Positions 27,841 to 42,245 of a DNA stretch of 64,000 nucleotides are shown piece by piece (within the stretch, counting starts at the first letter, position 1; every line of letters begins with the position of its first letter). The stretch is taken from NCBI RefSeq assembly GCF_009914755.1, contig NC_060942.1; one strand, 5' to 3'. A program made the position numbers and the translations under genes. Origin of the DNA: the human T2T-CHM13v2.0 reference genome, Homo sapiens. The notes beneath the pieces are model-generated. The model had not been told where the DNA came from, searched no databases, and saw only the letters and a program-made list of their open reading frames with translations.

Positions 27841-28264
27841 TACATAATCTTGTAGCATTATATTTGAATAAAATTTACTTTTTAAAATGTATAAATAAGA
27901 TTAACAAGGAACTTTTAAACCCCTTACTTGCACCTAAATAATAATTATGAAATATTTTCATATACAAATTAAATCCTAACTTGACATTTAAAATATATAG
28001 ACATGAAAGTAATTAAACTGCATTTATTCCAAAATTAGTTTACAAAACAGACTTAATGTAGAACTACTTTCACCTTTGAAACCAAATTAGTCCTACTTCT
28101 GAAAGGAAGAAATGGGACTTTCAAACTAACATTAATCAATCAGCTTTAACCCAAAGTAAAATAAGAAACATTTCTATTCAGTTTAACTTAGAAAGGCTGT
28201 CAGCTAAACGGAAATAAAACAAGACCATTTCTTATTATGCTTAATGAAAAAGAAAAACTTATAC

Positions 28265-28396
28265 CTTTTCACTTGTTAAAAATTTTGCAAAATATACATG
28301 TTCTCCTCCTGTTTTCAATTCTTCCATCTTTTTTCTTGAGGCCTGAGTATCATCTAATTTATAACTCTTAAAAACAGCTAAAACTTCTTCAGAATA
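28265..28396 (-). CDS. THOC1: THOC1 exon 11 (YSEEVLAVFKSYKLDDTQASRKKMEELKTGGEHVYFAKFLTSEK)
   Basis: 132 nt; CAG| acceptor, AAG|GTATAA donor; visible in ORF 28259..28465. Confidence 0.97.
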
Positions 28397-28635
28397 CTGC
28401 AAAATAAAAATATTAGTTTTATTCGACATTGTTACCCAAATTTGTTTAGTGCTTTTCTGCATCAAAATGCCTAGAATTTACTCCCAGTCAATCATGTATG
28501 TAGACTGTATATTGCAAGGCACACTAACAATACAAATTATGATAGCAGAATGGGAGTTAAAACTATTTTGTATGATATTTCACTTGTTGCAAAAGTAGGT
28601 ACAAGCTCCCTACTCCTAAAGAAATATAATTTCTT

Positions 28636-28877
28636 GGCCAGTGGTGGTGGCTCACGCCTGTAATCCCAGCACTTCGGGAGGCGGAGGGGGGCGGGTAACT
28701 TGAGATCAGGAGTTTGAGACCAGCCTGGCCAACATGGTGAAACCCCGTCTCGACTAAAAATACAAAAATTAGCCAGGTGTGGTGGCGGGCACCTGTAGTC
28801 CCAGCTACTCAGGAGACTGAGGCTGAAGAATCCCTTGAACCTGGGAGGCTCCGTCTCAAAAAAAAAAAAAAAAAAAA
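28636..28877 (+). mobile_element. AluS with ~55-bp right-arm deletion
   Basis: gggagg joined directly to ctccgtctc; TSD aagaaatat(a/g)attt. Confidence 0.92.
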
Positions 28878-29263
28878 CGAAGAAATATGATTTAAGAAGT
28901 CTGTGTAAGGGACAAATAGATTAGGGAACATTTTTAAGAGTGTACAGAAATTTACCAGTGAAATTGTTTAACCACCTGTGGAAACTCTTACGCATTTCTT
29001 GTGCTAAAAACTGAGCAAATAAATTCCACCAAATTCTGTCCAGTTAGAAGACAATTCCAGATTATTTCTCACTAACCACTTAATCTGAATTTGGATGGTG
29101 CTGCCCCCACAAAAAATTGCATATAAAACAAAAACTATTAAAAATAACATAACACACACCATGCTATTCTGAGAACTACCTATTTATCTTAGATTTTAAT
29201 TATGACAAAAAAGGACAACTGATCTTTAAGTAGCCAAGAAAAATATAACAAATTCTTCTAAAA

Positions 29264-29472
29264 CAGGATTGGCAAACTTTTTCTGTAAAGGACCAGAGAG
29301 TAAGTATTTCAGGCTTTGTGGCCTTTATAATCTCAGTTGCAACTACTCAGCTGTGCCATTATAGTGCAAAAACAGCCACAGGTAAGTGGATGGTCATGGT
29401 ACTATTCCAATAAACCTTTGTTTATAAGCAGTAGGTTAGATCTGGCCCAGAGCCATGACTTGAGGACTTCTG
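29264..29472 (+). mobile_element. MER58A
   Basis: Starts caggattggcaaactttttctgtaaagg. Confidence 0.75.
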
Positions 29473-29789
29473 TTTCAACAAGATAGCTAAAATAATTTTG
29501 TACAAAGATAGAATATATTCTGCAAAATATCAATTTATGTTAACAACACTCATTATATTCAAAAAAAGCAAGGCTGTAATGACGAACTTTTAAATATCCG
29601 ATTCTTATATACTACTTCACAATATTAGTGGTTTAAATATTAATTTATAATTTCACTTGTTATGAAATTGGTATAAAAATGTAAGAGGCAGAATTACATA
29701 GTGAAAAGTATGTTAGACAAGATTAAGTTTTAGCTCTATCACTGTCTATAAAATACTGGGCTTCTGATAGTCTGTCAATGGCAACTTAC

Positions 29790-29898
29790 CTTGAGAAAAG
29801 TTTTCCATGAAATCTTCTCATAGCATTGCACAGGGTTCCTGAAGTAATCCTGAAGTGACCAGAATTTTCGATACAGGTTGTAATCAATTGGAATAGAG
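29790..29898 (-). CDS. THOC1: THOC1 exon 10 (CSIPIDYNLYRKFWSLQDYFRNPVQCYEKISWKTFLK)
   Basis: 109 nt; TAG| acceptor, AAG|GTAAGT donor. Confidence 0.97.
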
Positions 29899-30129
29899 CT
29901 AATAAAATAAACGTTATATTAAATAAATCATTCAAATTCTTTTACAAATATCTAAATATTCTTAACTTAGCTTTGGTCACAAACCGTTTTCAGAAGCTAA
30001 TGAAAGTTATCAGAAAAGTACACATTCACAAATGCTTATATAAACTTTTACAAATCATTTTAGGGAACTCATAGACCCCAATAGACTCTTTATCTACACT
30101 GGTGGAGCCCCTGAATTTTGGAAGGACAC

Positions 30130-30525
30130 ATGGTTATTCAGAATTAAAGATTATGTTTCCCAACCAATCTTGCTGCTCGCATGGTCATGTGATTAAATTC
30201 TGGCCAATCAGTTGAGAGCGGAAGTCATATGTGCAACTTTTGGGCCATATTTTATCACTGGCCTTTTCCTCTTCCTGCTGGCTAGAATGCAGATGTGAGC
30301 GTGAGCCACCTTGCACTACAGGAAAAAGGGCAAACACCAAGATGATGGAAGAAGAAGGTAGAAGAAGCCTGGGTCTAGGCAATCTCACCGAGCAGTGCTC
30401 CCTTACCAGCCTTGGACTGCCTGCTTCTAGACTTCGATATGAGGGGGAAAAATCAACTTTTATGTTGTTTAAACCAATGTTAATCTGAATCTATGTTAAA
30501 AGTCACAGGTATCATATCCTAACTA
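30130..30525. mobile_element. MLT1-type MaLR LTR remnant
   Basis: ggtcatgtgattaaattctggccaat...gcggaagt motif. Confidence 0.65.
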
Positions 30526-30694
30526 AAAATATTATATCCTAAGAAGCACCAGTATGAGAAAAACATATATGGTACATATCAAGTTAGCATCACAAAAATA
30601 AGCCCTTTATCTAGTAACTTTATTATGGCACTACTAATTCAACTTCTAATCTTGATATGTCACAAATCTACAGTGTCAATACATATTCTTTTAA

Positions 30695-30990
<296 letters not shown>

Positions 30991-31325
30991 TATTCTTTTA
31001 ATTTTTAAAACAGCTAATATCTGATAAACGGCTAGTATCTGAAGCACGTGAAAATCAACAGTGAAGAATACTGACTTTTAACTAACAAAAATCTAAATCT
31101 AGTTCTTGCCAAAGCTTTCATCATGAATTAGTAGTATCTGAAAGACTCTAATGGGCATGTTTACTTTCGCTCTTCCTAAACTTTTCCCTAGTAACAACTC
31201 TGAAAGTAGGAAAACAATGATGTACACATTAACTTCTCTCTATAATTAAAGCAGCTTCACTGATTTACAACAGTAAGATTATACCTCTGGGTTTTCTATG
31301 AATTGGGTTTTTAAAAAAAGCCACA

Positions 31326-31689
<364 letters not shown>

Positions 31690-33451
31690 TTACATTCATG
31701 AAAGAACAAGAACCAATATTTGTATAGTTCCATACATTTGATAAAGAATGTTTCTGAAGTGCATGTGCACACACACACTGAGTAACAAAATGTTACTCAG
31801 TTACAACATGTAAGATTGAATATAATAAATACCTCTTGAAATGTACCAGGAAAGTTTGTCTCTTAAAAATGGGGCTACCTCTAACAGAGAATGAGACTCA
31901 TGCAACCATTATATGTCCCTTTTTGTCTCAATTGCTAAGAACTTCACATCTAATTTAACACTTAATACCAATCACAATATTATTCCATGTTGCTAATTAC
32001 CATCTCCTACCTGTAAAAGACTTTTGATCTCTTCCCTTTTATCTTTAATTGGCTTGGTGGGTATTTGAGGTGTCTTACAGAATAAATTTTGAAGTAGTGT
32101 TAATATCTTACTGTTAGGCAGTTTTTACAGTTGAGGCATTAATATATTTTTAAAAATTTAAAGTCCCCTCTCCTAGATGCTGTCCCTTGCTCTTTTCCTT
32201 CACAGCTGAATAAAATTCTTCAAAGAGTTGTCTATACTCCATGTCACCACTTCATTACCTTCCTGTTCATTCTTCAACCCACTTGCAATTTGCCTTCCAC
32301 CTTCAACACTCCACAGAAACTTTTGAATTTTCTGTTTACCCACACAAAGCAAATGTAACCAATTATTGTATTTGCAAATAATAACAAATCAGAGACCCAG
32401 TTACTATGTAAAATAGAATGTCTTGTAACTATTTTAACCAAAAAAACTCTGGAAAACTTGATATATTTTTTTAAATGTTCAGCTATTTTACAGGATGTTA
32501 TACATTGAAATTTCTTAACAAAAATGTTTACTGGTGTATTTGAGCCAAATCTGAAATGGACTTCATATTGTAGGTAGATGGGTAATGAGTTCTGCTTTGT
32601 AAATTACAGTGCCTAAGACCATCTGGTGATAACAGCTGTCACAAAGTAATTCCTCACGTATTTTCTCCCTCTATTCAACATTAGTGACTGTGACAGAGGC
32701 AGCTGAGTGTTGAGTCTTATTTAAGTGATTTACAAACATAACCAATAGGGATGAATTGTCTATACAGTCTTAGGCAAAATCTAAGCAGACAAAACTGCAC
32801 TGGCCAGTGTCTTTTGGGCTGTTTACACTTCAGGTGACTCATCATCTTGTAGCCTACTAACTTGCCCCAGAGCCCTTATGTTGCTCAGGCCAGACCTTAA
32901 AGCCTACTTTATTCATGTATAATGAATAAATAGGTCTCTAAAAAAAAATAATAACGATAACAAATAATAGCTACTAGACACTGAATAGACAATATTCTAA
33001 GTGCTTTACACTTACCACTACATATAAACAATTAGTGCCTTAATAGACTATTTCTGATCATCGTCTTATTTAATCCTCTTAACTGTAGAGAGTAGGTGGC
33101 ATTACTACATTTTAAAGATGTGGAAACTGTGTTGTAGAAGGTTAAGTAATTGGCCCCAGGTCACATGACTAGGAAGTATTGGAGTTAAGCTTGGAGCCAC
33201 ACTACCTCTAATGTTTCTTCTGGAGATGTGTTTGAATTTGAATTCTGGGATGCCAGAAATACATCTCCCTGGGCAGATACAGGAATCCCATCTTGATTTT
33301 CTAGACAGTAATGGAAATTCTTTCAATTATAACTAATGACTCTCATCACCTCAGACACCTGGAAGAGTGCCAGTGAAGGAAAATTTTCCTTAATGCCTTC
33401 TCTTTTCTCTTGCTCATTGCTTCTAAGCCAGCACTAGGAAGAAATTATGGA

Positions 33452-34040
33452 AAGTCTTCAAATAACGATGTTTCCTTCAACATTGTTTTATTGTAACGTT
33501 GATGAGAAAAAAAAAATCGATTCCTGGCTGGGGCCACGGTCTATGTAGAGTTTGCACATTCTCCCTATGTCTGTGTGGGTTTTCTCTAGGTAGTCAGATT
33601 CCCTCCTGCATCCCAAAGAGGTGTACATGAAAATAACTGGCATGTCTAAATGGTTCCAGGATAAGTGAGTGTGGGTGGGTGGGTATACACACTGTGAGCA
33701 GATGGCGTCCTGTACAGGGTTGGTTCCCGCCCTGCGCTCTGAGCTGCTGTGACAGGCTCTGGCCACCCACAACCTTAAATTGGAATAACTAGGCAAATAA
33801 TTATCTTACTTGTTTTTATTAATCTTTCTCAAATGCATGTATAGCTCACATTTATTCAATGTTTAATAACAGAAGCATTTTGATCTTTATCTAGGAGTTT
33901 GGTGATTGTTTTTGTGACCAGAAATAGGCCATAAGAACCTAACTTTTGTTTGTTAGCCTATGGGAAAATTGATTTCATCATACATCATTTCACTTAATGT
34001 TGCAGTTTCTAGAACCTATCTATGCCACTGAGGATTGCTT
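33452..34040 (+). mobile_element. MER6A-type Tigger MITE
   Basis: aacgttgatgagaaaaaaaaaatcgattcc followed by a V-domain-like gagtttgcacattctccctatgtctgtgtgggttttctc. Confidence 0.8.
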
Positions 34041-34479
34041 TTGGAAAGAAAGCACAGGGCTACAGAGGAGGAGATAAGAAACAGTTTTAAGAGCAAGGGG
34101 AGAGAAGGAGGAAAGGCTTCTTAACTTGCCTATTTCATTAAAAGTTAGCCCAATACACACAGGCACTGGGTCCACAAGTTTAATGGAAGGGATTAAGGGG
34201 AGGAGCTCCTAAGGCTGCCTGTGGTTGGCTTTTCAAATGCTGGGATTATGCATAGGGTAGTCTATATAAACAATGAACTGTCTGCACATAATATAGAAAC
34301 CAGCAGATAAAGCCCATTAGTGATTTACGATTTATTAAGTAATATACATGAAAATTACAAATGAAAGAAATTTCTTATAATTTCTTTCCTCCTTGTCTAT
34401 CTCCTCACTCCAGAGAGGATACTCAATAAATTAGGAGATTATCTCTGTAAATCAAAAAGCTTAGGCTCTGAAAACTCAC

Positions 34480-34553
34480 CACGTTGTTGGAGCTTCCTCA
34501 TCTCCCATTTCGCCTTCTTCTACATCCATTCCTTCTTCTCTATCTTCAGTGTG
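34480..34553 (-). CDS. THOC1: THOC1 exon 9 (HTEDREEGMDVEEGEMGDEEAPTT)
   Basis: 74 nt; TAG| acceptor, |GTGAGT donor; acidic segment. Confidence 0.97.
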
Positions 34554-34849
34554 CTAAATTGAAAAAAAAATGTATAGCCTGTCATGAAGCAGTCATCAGA
34601 CAGAAGAGATAAATGCTAGAATAAGTGGTCAGTTACACATTCCTAGGCAACCCACAGTTAGAGAAGTCTAGTCACTAACTATCTAGACCTATAGTTAATC
34701 TGTAAGGCAATCAGAATTTTACCTGATGGACAGAAGAACTCAAGAGCAGTATGACAATGATATAACACAGTCATGAAGACAGTAGAAAGTTTCAAATCTA
34801 CATTTCTAAACATAATCAATAGATTCCCTCTGGGAATAAAGGGCTAAAT

Positions 34850-35530
34850 GTTTTGGAAATGCACAAGACAATTCAACAATAAAATGAGCAAACAGCATGA
34901 ATAGCTAATTCACAGAAGAAAAATAAATTCCAACCAACATATAATAAGTTCCTCAACACCAATAATGATCAAGGAAATGAAATTAAAACTAAGAAGACTT
35001 ATTTTTCAAATATATACATCAATTAAGCCAATATTTTTTAAAAATTGATAATTCACACTGTTGGGGTGAGGCTGTGGGGAAAAAGGGCAGGCATTCTCCA
35101 TGTGCCACTGGTGGCTGTATAAATTGGTATAACCTTTTTGAGAAGTAACCAGGCAATAGCTATTGAAATATGGAATATGCATATATTTTAACCCAGTAAT
35201 TTTACTTACTGGAATTTATCCTAAAAAGACATCTGCATAATTGATGCAGACGCTGCAGACTGATGCAATATTATACACTACTAGACACTGTAACATTGTT
35301 TTTCACTATCAGAGATAATCTGAATGTCCACAGGCAGAGAAATGTGATATATCCACTCTGAGATTTATCAAGAGCCATTTAAAAACTAAGATAAAACTAA
35401 ATCTTAAAGGAAGAAAGTGAATTTCAGAATAGTATGAATGACCTCATTCTGGAGAAAAACAACATGTTTGTACATATACACAAAAAGTCCTGGTATGGTG
35501 AGACAGAGAATGTTATGAGTGGTTATAGAA
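34850..35530 (+). mobile_element. Old L1 3' ORF2/UTR remnant
   Basis: aattcacagaag...taaattggtataacc motifs. Confidence 0.6.
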
Positions 35531-35827
35531 ATAATATGAATTTATAGAAAAAATACATATTCTGCAAAAAATAACCCAATGTTTAAAACAGAAAGTACAT
35601 CTATTCTATAATCTACCTTATGATTAACACTATTAAAACAGAAAGTATAGCTACTTTGTTAATCCACTTTAATAGAAAGCTATGCCATAATCTACCATGG
35701 TCTACCTTGGATTACAGAATAACTGTACATTCTATCTTAAACACTGGTTGAATTTTTTACATACAAAACATTATTTCTGTAAGTTGGAAATAAAGTTAAA
35801 AGTTTTTAAATTTTTGATGACTTGTAG

Positions 35828-36153
<326 letters not shown>

Positions 36154-36213
36154 CACTATCTTAATAACAAACTTGCAAATATGTTATCTGAGAAGATTTC
36201 AAATCAGCCTCAC

Positions 36214-36296
36214 CTTCTGACCCAGGGTGCTTTCCTGCTCATTTGTATTGAAAACAGTGACATTTTCCAGATTAAACTGACTCTGCAAGTTAAGAC
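36214..36296 (-). CDS. THOC1: THOC1 exon 8 (GLNLQSQFNLENVTVFNTNEQESTLGQK)
   Basis: 83 nt; TAG| acceptor, AAG|GTGAGG donor. Confidence 0.97.
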
Positions 36297-36470
36297 CTAG
36301 TAAAAAAACAAAAAAAAGATGCAAAGCAAGTCCAGTGACACCTAAACTTATGTATAACTTGTGTCATAATCAAAACTACAAAATGCCAAATCCATAAAGA
36401 GCAGTCAAAATTAACACATTTGATTTTCAAATCCTTTCAAAAATTCATTTCTTAAAAGTACCTTTGGAGT

Positions 36471-39142
36471 ATGGGCATACCTTGTTTTGTTGTTCTTCAC
36501 AGTTTCTTGTTTTTTTAAATAAATTGAATGGCAACCCTGCATCGTGCAAGTCTATCAGCACCATTTTTCCAACAGCATATGCTCACTTCCTCTGTCACAT
36601 TTTGGTAATTCTCACAATATTTCAAACTTTTTCATTATTATTATATCTGTTATGATGATCTGTGATCAGTGATCTTTGAGGTTAACATTGTCATTGTTTT
36701 GCCACAGATTTGTTTTTGCCACAAACTGTGCCCATCTAAGATCTAAGACAGTAAACTATTTTTTTTTTTTTTTGAGACAGCGACTCACTCCTGTCACCCA
36801 GGCTGCAGTGCAGTGGCATGATCATGGCTCACTGCAAGTTCAGCTTCCCAAGCTCAGATGATCCTCCCACCTCAGCCTCCTGAGTAGCTGGGACTACAGG
36901 CAAGCACCACCATGCCTGGCTAAATTTTTTTGTATTTTTAGTAGAGACGGGCTTTTGCCATGTTGCCTAAGCTAGTAAGATAGCAAATTCAATCAATAAA
37001 TGCTGTGTGTGTTCTGACTGCTTCACCGACCAACCGTTCCCATGACTCTCTCTCTCTCCTTGGGCCTCCTTATTCCCTGAGACGAGACAATATTGAATTT
37101 AGGCCAACTAATAATCCTGCAATGGATTCTAAGTGTCAAGTAAAAGGATGAGTCTCACATTTCTCACTTTAAATAAAAACCTATACATGATTAAGCTTAG
37201 TAATTAAGGCATGTCAAAAGCCACGACAGGCTGAAAGTTCTCTTGCGCTTAACAGTTAGCCAAGTTGTGAATGCAAAGATAAAGTTCTTGAGGGAAGTTA
37301 AAAGTGCCACTCCAGTGAATACATGAATGATAAGAAAGCAAAACAGCCTTACTGCTGATACAGAGAAAGTCTGAGTGGTCTGGATAGACAAGCAAACCAG
37401 CCAGAGAAAGGCTTTAACTCTCTTATTAATTCTGTGAAGGCTGAGACAGGTGAGGACACCACAGAAGACAAGTACGAAGCTAGCAGAAGTTGGTTTACGA
37501 GGTTTAAAGAAAAAAGCCCTCTCCGTAACATAATAGTGCAAGGTGAAGCAGCAACTACCAATGGAGAAGTTGCAGTAAGTTATCAGAAGATCTAGCTAAG
37601 AATATTGATGAAGGTGGCTACACTCAACAGATTTTTCAATGCAGATGAAACATTCTGATATTGGAAGATGCTGTTTAGGACTTTCATAGCTAGAGAGAAG
37701 TCACTGCTTGCCTTCAAGGGACAGGCTGACTCTCTTGTTAGGAGCTAATGCAGCTGGTGACTTTAAGTTGAAGCCAATGTTCATTTACCATTCTGAAAAT
37801 CCTGGGGCTCCTGAGAATTATGCTAAATCTACTCTGCCTTGGCTCCATCCATAAAAAGACAAACCCTGATGACAGCACATCTGTTTATAGCATGGTTTAC
37901 TGACAATTTTAAGGCCACTGTTGAGACTTAACTGCTCAGAAAAAAAGATTTCCTTTCACAATATTATTGCTTATTCACAATGCACCTGGTCACCCAACAG
38001 CTCTGATGGAGATGGGCAAGGAAATTAATGTTGTTTTCATGCCTGCTAATACATCATCCATTTTGCAGCCAAAGGATCAAAGGGTTATTTCAGCTTTCAA
38101 GTCTTATTATCTAAGAAATACATTTCATGAGGCTATAGCTACATAGTGATTTTTTTATGGATCTGAGCAAAGTAAATGGAACTCCTTCTGGAAAGGACCT
38201 ACAAATCTAGATGCCATAAAGAACACTTGTGATTCATCAAAGGAGGTAAAAATATTCACATTAACAGGAGTTTGGAAGAGGTTGATTCCAACCCTCATAG
38301 ATGACTTCGAGGGGTTCAAGACTTCAGTGGAGGAAGTAACTGCAGATCTACGTAGTAGAAATGGCAAGAGAACTACAATTAGAAGTGGAGCCTGAAGATA
38401 TGACAGAATTGCTGCAATCTCATGATTGGACTTGAAACAGATGAGGAGTTGCTTCTTACGAATGAGCAAAGAAAGTGGTTTCTCGAGATGAATTCTACTC
38501 CTGGTGAAGATGCTGCGAACACTGTTGAATGACAACAAAGGATTTATTTTATTTCTGAGACAGAGTTTCACTCCTGTTGCCCAGGCTGAAGTGCAATGGT
38601 GCGATCTCGGCTTATTTTTTATTTTTTTTCTGAGACAGAGTTTAGAATATTACATAAACTTAGTTGATAAAGTAGCGGCAGGGTTTGAGAGGACTGACCC
38701 TAACTTTGAAAGTTCTACTGTGGATAAGATGCTACCAAACAGCATCATGTGCTACAGAGAAATCTTTCGTGAAAGGAAGAGTCAATTGATGTGGCAAACT
38801 TCACTGTGCTATTTGAAGAAAATTGTCATAGCCAGCCCAACCTTCAGCAACCACCACCCTGGATCAGTCAGCAGCCATCAACATCAAGGTAAGACCCCCA
38901 CCAGCAAAAAGATGACGACTTGCAAAAGGCTTTGGTGGTCATTACCAGTTTTTAGCAGTATTCTAGAAGTACGGTATGTACATTTTTTTAGATGCTATTG
39001 CATACTTAATAGACTACAGCATAGTGTAAACATAACTTTTATACGCACTGGGAAACCAAAAAATGTTGGTTGAATGAATATTGCTTTATTGCAATATTCA
39101 CTGTATTGTGGTGGTCTGGAACAAAACCCACGGTATGTCTGT
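36471..39142 (+). mobile_element. Near full-length Tigger1 DNA transposon with decayed transposase
   Basis: TIRs gggcatacc / ggtatgtctgta; transposase start near 37122; ORF 38504..39073 has the Tigger1 C-terminus (YYINLVDKVAAGFERTDPNFE). Confidence 0.9.
36759..36975 (-). mobile_element. 5'-truncated AluJ inside Tigger1
   Basis: Right arm plus part of left arm; TSD approximately taaga(c/t)ag(t/c)aaa. Confidence 0.85.
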
Positions 39143-39599
39143 AAACAGAATTCTATATACATTATAATAGAGTTGATCCTTATTATTCATGACTATTCCA
39201 GAACAATTCCACAGAATGCAATATAGAATAATTTATAATTCTGTTGGAAGCACAAATGTAAATTATATTAATGAAAAAGTGATAATGTATAACAAATAAG
39301 TAAATACATTATAGTTAATGAGAGCCAAGTTTCTTACTGTTAGAGAAAGAGGTTAATAAACAGATCTACTGGTGCTGGATTCAACTCAGAGGTATCAGTA
39401 GAATCTCATATTTTTTGCTGCTGTTCATGTAAAATATATACTGACAGATACAGAAACAAATACAGATGAGTATGGTTAGTATACACATATGTCTCTCCTA
39501 GCTCTGGTCTCTGAGAGGGCCTAGAAGTAGTGATACTCCAGTAGCAATGAGCACATCTTCTCAAACGTAACAGCCAATGATAACCAGACACACAAAGAG

Positions 39600-40400
39600 G
39601 CAAGATACCATGAGTGAGAAACAGTCAAAACAGACAGGAGAAACAGACCCACCAAGACTTATTTAAGGTATTGGCATTACCAGATACAGACAATAAAGTA
39701 ACAATGTTTACCAAGTTTAGAAAACTAAAAAAAACAATTCTTAAGAAATTATTCAGAATCAGGTAGAGAGAGACAAACAGATGAAAAAATATATAAGGAG
39801 TAAAAAACAGAGGATACAGTGAGAAGGTATAATGGATGTTTAATTGAAGTTCCAGAAAAAGAAAAAGATAAAGAGGCATACACAATATTTGAAGAGATAA
39901 TGGCTAAATTTTTACAAACTAGATGGAAGAATCTAATCCATACATTCAAGATGTCCACAATCCTAAGCAGGACAAATAAAAAGAAATTTACACAGAGATA
40001 CATCATAGTAAAACTAAAAGAAAACCAAAGGAGAAAAAAAATCTTAAGCGCAGAGAAAAAAATGTAGATTATCTTCAAGAAGTGAGACTGACATCTGACT
40101 TGTCAATAGAAAAATGGGAAACAGAAGACAAAGTAAAGATTATTTCCCGTGAGATGAAATCCTGTATCTAGTGCCAATCTAGAATCTTATACCTATTGGG
40201 AGGAGGTCAAAATACCAATATTAACAGGAGTTTGGAAGAAAGAAAGGAAAAAAAATAAAGGAGAAGTAACGATTTTTAGGCAAAACACAGACCTGCACTG
40301 AAGAAAAGTCTAAAAGGGAAAATGATCACAGACAGAAAGCCAGAAATACAAGAAGTGGTAAATCTATATTAACCCTGACCACATAAAATAAGTATGAAAG
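39600..40400 (+). mobile_element. Old L1 ORF1 remnant
   Basis: ORF 39819..40067 (LIEVPEKE...IFEEIMAKF...RYIIVKL) is L1 ORF1p-like. Confidence 0.75.
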
Positions 40401-41120
40401 AAAACAGCACAGACATAAGATGACAAAAAGAAAGCACATAAACCACTGCTAACATATGCTATAGGTCTTTCTACATGCAGGCACTAATGTAAGCTCTTCA
40501 CATGTTTTAATTCATTTAATCCTCAGAACATATAAAGTAGGTGGTACATTAGCCCAATATTAAGGAAGGGAGGACTGAAGCAAGGAGATATTAAAATCTC
40601 GCATATTTGAACATACTGGGGAGGCGGAAGGCTCTGGAGGACAAGCAATGTCCCATTTCAGGAGCTAGATAGTGGTTATACAGTATTTGTTTCATTATTA
40701 TTCGCTTTATGTACTTTTCTATATGAGCGTTATATTTCACAATAAAAATTTGTTAAAAAAAGAGAAATGAAAGGAAGTCTATATAGCTAAATAGTTGTGA
40801 CTGAGAGAAAATCCAAACACAAAAATAGGCATACATTATGAAATACGGATATGATGGTTCATATCTACATGTTTCAGTGTGATTCAACTTTACATTAATA
40901 AGCTTTGAACTTAAAAGAATCCATGACTTTGTTTCAGGATTACCTGTATTATATACTAGGACTGCTATACATTTATAAGTAAAAGAAAATAAAGTGACAA
41001 TTTCTATGATGTCTTTCAACTTTTTAGAACCATTTTTCTCATTATCATGACAGATTTTAATCTATTAAAAACTGGAAAAGATTTTCCTGCAGAAAACTCA
41101 TTTAATGCATAAAAGCTTAC

Positions 41121-41216
41121 CTGATTTCTCAGACAGAGGGAAAAGCCTGGCCAAAAAGAGCTGAATCCGTCCACAGAAGACTGTATTCTGGGATTTAGAC
41201 AATCTTCTTAGGAGAT
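41121..41216 (-). CDS. THOC1: THOC1 exon 7 ([32 protein letters not shown])
   Basis: 96 nt; TAG| acceptor, CAG|GTAAGC donor; contains the Hpr1/THOC1 LLRRLS..FCGRI motif. Confidence 0.97.
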
Positions 41217-41622
41217 CTAACAATATATGAAAATGAACGTTACACAGAAAAGATAATTCTATGTTTATTACAACCACACCTAAAAGTTTCTAAACCAGTG
41301 TGTCAAGAGTATTTTCCTAAAGCAGTAGTTCTTAAATTGGGGGCCGAAACCACTGCCACAAAAAAGTACTATAAATTAGGAACAAAACAAGTTCAACATG
41401 ACATGAAAAAGACAAACTTTACTACGTTTCTGACTTTAAGCTTATGCCCAGAACAAAAACAGTTTAAAGTGAATAATGAGTTCTAACAAATCAGATTGTT
41501 AGTTAAAAATGCAGATACCTAATCTATCTTTAAAATGTTATCACTGGTATTTAATTCAACCATGTGTTTTTCTGGGCATATTTACACTTAAAAAGCAATC
41601 ATTTTATCACTCAATTACTTAC

Positions 41623-41671
41623 CATTGCACATACGTAGTAAGTAATTTTTCCCAGCAGAATAGAATGTATT
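41623..41671 (-). CDS. THOC1: THOC1 exon 6 (NTFYSAGKNYLLRMCN)
   Basis: 49 nt; CAG| acceptor, ATG|GTAAGT donor. Confidence 0.97.
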
Positions 41672-42126
41672 CTGAAATTAAGACGGAAATTATCACTCTT
41701 CTTCAGAACTTGTTACACATTCTTCAATAATAAGTTGCCAGAGTGAAATATTAAAGAACACTAACATGCACTGAGAATCTACTATGCCACTTTCACTTTT
41801 TTTAAGCAAATAACATTTTCAATGAAATAAAAATATTTTCAGATATAAGAAAACATGATACTAAGTAACTGTTTTAAACATGTGAAAGTGTGAATTTTCA
41901 AGTTAATTTTTATTACACAAATTAAATCAAATTTTGTATTTCAAGTTTTTCTCCACACATGGTTTTTATTTGGCTCTCCCGAGAGAGCAGTATATAATTT
42001 TTTCATAGGCAGAAACTTGTTGGCATTCAGCAATACTACAAATAAATTTAAAAAAAAAAATCTACCCTCAGAATTCTGGATCTATAGAAAGATAAAGTTA
42101 GCAGGAAAAGAAACTAAGGCACTTAC

Positions 42127-42245
42127 TGATTTCCAAGTAGCAACATTTTTTTCCACAAAAGTGAATATTGTGTCACACTGATCCAAAGGAAGACAATCCA
42201 AAACATCTCCCAACAATACAAAAGGTGTAGATGCGGTACAAATAC
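42127..42245 (-). CDS. THOC1: THOC1 exon 5 (GICTASTPFVLLGDVLDCLPLDQCDTIFTFVEKNVATWKS)
   Basis: 119 nt; AAG| acceptor, |GTAAGT donor; visible in ORF 42082..42267. Confidence 0.97.

Noticed and set aside
38504-39073. 189-aa ORF, the longest in the track
   Set aside because: A chimera of Alu stubs and the decayed Tigger1 transposase C-terminus; the upstream transposase is frameshifted, so it is not a domesticated TIGD gene.
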